64,000 bases of DNA. It comes from Schmidtea nova. Its lineage: Eukaryota. The notes below the pieces were generated by a model. It ran no database searches. It saw nothing but the letters and a program-made list of their open reading frames with translations, and was not told where the DNA came from. The stretch's first letter is position 1. The number at the start of each line of letters is the position of its first letter. Below are positions 61,924 to 64,000 of this stretch, piece by piece. The stretch is from positions 338,520,001-338,584,000 of the forward strand of contig CM097883.1 in NCBI GenBank assembly GCA_044892505.1, in the 5' to 3' direction. The position numbers and the translations under genes are program-made.

Positions 61924-63648
61924 TGTTGTTAAGCTGGTGAAATCAAAAATAAAATTTTATTAAAATTTATTAAAAAAAATAAATACATACAAAGAGAAAC
62001 AAAGAGAAACGAACGACAAGACGTTAAGCAGTAAAATAACGCAAGGGAAAATAAAAACAGTTAAGTACAATAGTAGTCATACGAACTGCATCTTATAAGT
62101 CTGTCGAGATAGGGTTAAAGCGATAAAAAGAGGCATCTCAAAGGAGAGCACACAATTTGAGTGCAGGTCGGATTTACACACGAAGGACCGCATGAGAATT
62201 GAATGGGGAAGATCAGTGCTTGTAAAGTGATTATGAAAAGCATGATCAAAGAATAAAATCAGTATCAGAATAAAGAAAATAATTTATTAAAAATTATAGA
62301 ATAAATTCCTATTGAAATATCGCAAAAATTAAGAGATAGGAATGAAAATAGATTTAAAATTAAATTGTTTTAATCAATAAATGCACAATAAAACAATGGA
62401 TACACACCTAATTTAATAGAATTAAAAACAAATATTTTCGAAATAAATAAATCAAATTATAAAGTTAAATTTATGAAAGATAAATAAATTCTCACTTATT
62501 AAAACTAATAAATAAGTTTAAATTGTTAATAAATTATGTAAATAACAAATTATGTAAGCGTCAGAAAAATTAGTATAAATAGAGGCTGAAAAATCACAAT
62601 CTAAACTTACTTGGCATTAATTTACTGAGAGCAAAATTTTGGTTTTGATTTCGCCAGTCGTGTGGATCGATTTCGAGAGGGTATTTTTGTGTTATTTGAG
62701 TATTTTTGTGTGAGATGTGTTGGGTAATTTGTTATGTAGTGGTCATAGTAAAGTTTTGAGGCTAATTTTTCCGAAAATAAATATTCGAGGATGAGTATTA
62801 TTGTAGTCATTATATAAAATTTTTATATAGATATGCTTCCTATGCTGCTAACGCGGCGGGGGAGACAGTCGTCATCGTGGAGCCTCGTTGTTTCACACGG
62901 CGGCTGTACCTTTTTATAATTTATGTATCGGGGATTTTTTCGGATATTTTTTCGGTTGCACATAATGAATCGTTACACATAGAGAATAGTTTTGGTAATT
63001 GCGATAGATTTTGAGGGTTTCATATAGTGATAGGATTTTTGAGTGTTGAACGATAGGTTTTGAGGTTTGCGCATTTTTCAGCGATAATTTTGGAGTTTTA
63101 CAGGAATTTAACATCTTAGGTAGTGATTTAATTTCAGAATTAAGATGTTAGCAAGACGAACTTGATCAATAGATTTTGTTACGCATAGCGATGCAACGAC
63201 ATAGCGGTGATTTTGAGTAAAGGAGATTTTCGAGAGTTTTTATAAATCAATATAATTTTAAGGTGCAGCGCATTATTTTGGGTTTTATATAGCGTAAGGA
63301 GTTTGTAGCTAAATAAAATTTCTATTTAAAAGACGTTTGTTAATTTTTTAAGGAAATTGAGCGTAGACATTAAGAGAATAACGCGTAAGACCTTCTAGCG
63401 GCAGCGGGAACCCGTGAAAATAAATGGGGAGTAGTTCCAGCGATGGAGCTCACCTGCCCATCATTTTTCAACCACCGCGCGCAGTTCCAACCTAACAAGA
63501 TAGGGAATAGTTAGGGGCGTGCGAGACGATTTGTTTTTATGTATGGTTATGGGTGAGGCATCCCTAGTATACTTATTTATGATTATTTGTTTAATTATTA
63601 TTTATTTATTTATTATTAATTATTTAAAACCCACTCATAAACCCAGCA
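61924..63648 (+). repeat. 3' LTR
   Basis: Starts TGTTGTTAAGCTGG and ends CCCAGCA (identity with the 5' copy runs 4 nt further, TAAA). Confidence 0.85.
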
Positions 63649-64000
63649 TAAAGGAAGAGTTAATAAATATTAAGTTTAGCAAAACCATAAAGAATTTTTT
63701 GACCAAAAGATTGAGCATTTGTTTTTGAGTCTAGTGGTATTAAGCATATTGAAATCGGTCGAGTAGATTACTCAGAATTTTGAAATTAGTAAAGATCGAT
63801 AATTGACCAATTTCGTAATAAAAATTTGAAATTTTTTCTTGAGGAAAAATTGTAAAAAATTATTTTTTTTCATAATTTTTCAGTCGAGAACCATACCAGA
63901 GTTTACCGGGCCACATCCTTAGAACATTATACAACAAAAATCCTCGAAAATCTCGGTATCCCTGTGAAAAACGAATCCAGGTGAAAAAAGACATGGAAAA

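Larger units (their letters stand above)
47860..63648 (+). mobile_element. Gypsy-like LTR retroelement, non-autonomous (gag only), with nested piggyBac
   Basis: ~1.7-kb direct repeats, PBS after the 5' LTR, gag ORFs, and an ATTGCGGGACGCAAT hairpin plus weak PPT before the 3' LTR. No intact PR/RT/IN. Confidence 0.85.

Overview
AT-rich eukaryotic scaffold, probably from an invertebrate animal; the species cannot be assigned from sequence alone. Assembly gaps: 150-502, 17998-18255, 29001-29171, 30160-30290, 38234-38423, 38435-38666, 46267-46421. One host gene is recognisable: the 3' five coding exons of selenocysteine lyase (SCLY) on the minus strand (46636 to 21951). It has two tiny introns (43 and 45 nt) and two large TE-filled introns (about 4.7 and 19 kb); its 5' exons probably lie beyond the window. 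Most other recognisable sequence is mobile DNA. (1) A 10.7-kb Polinton/Maverick derivative with AGTAG ends and a 6-bp TSD; its arms are a ~3.2-kb inverted duplication, each carrying protein-primed PolB sequence. (2) Two MULE-like tandem-repeat elements that have flipped 165 bp of that PolB. (3) Penelope-like (PLE) fold-back insertions carrying minimal hammerhead ribozyme motifs, including a U3-A8 core variant. (4) An intact mariner, plus piggyBac, hAT and pogo/Tigger remnants and MITEs, and a solo LTR. (5) An unclassified composite repeat with an IAP-type RING ORF. (6) A ~15.8-kb Gypsy-like LTR element with no intact pol, a tRNA-Pro-type PBS, a nested piggyBac, tandem arrays and a two-ORF gag with seven zinc knuckles. 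All calls were made by eye with no database searches.
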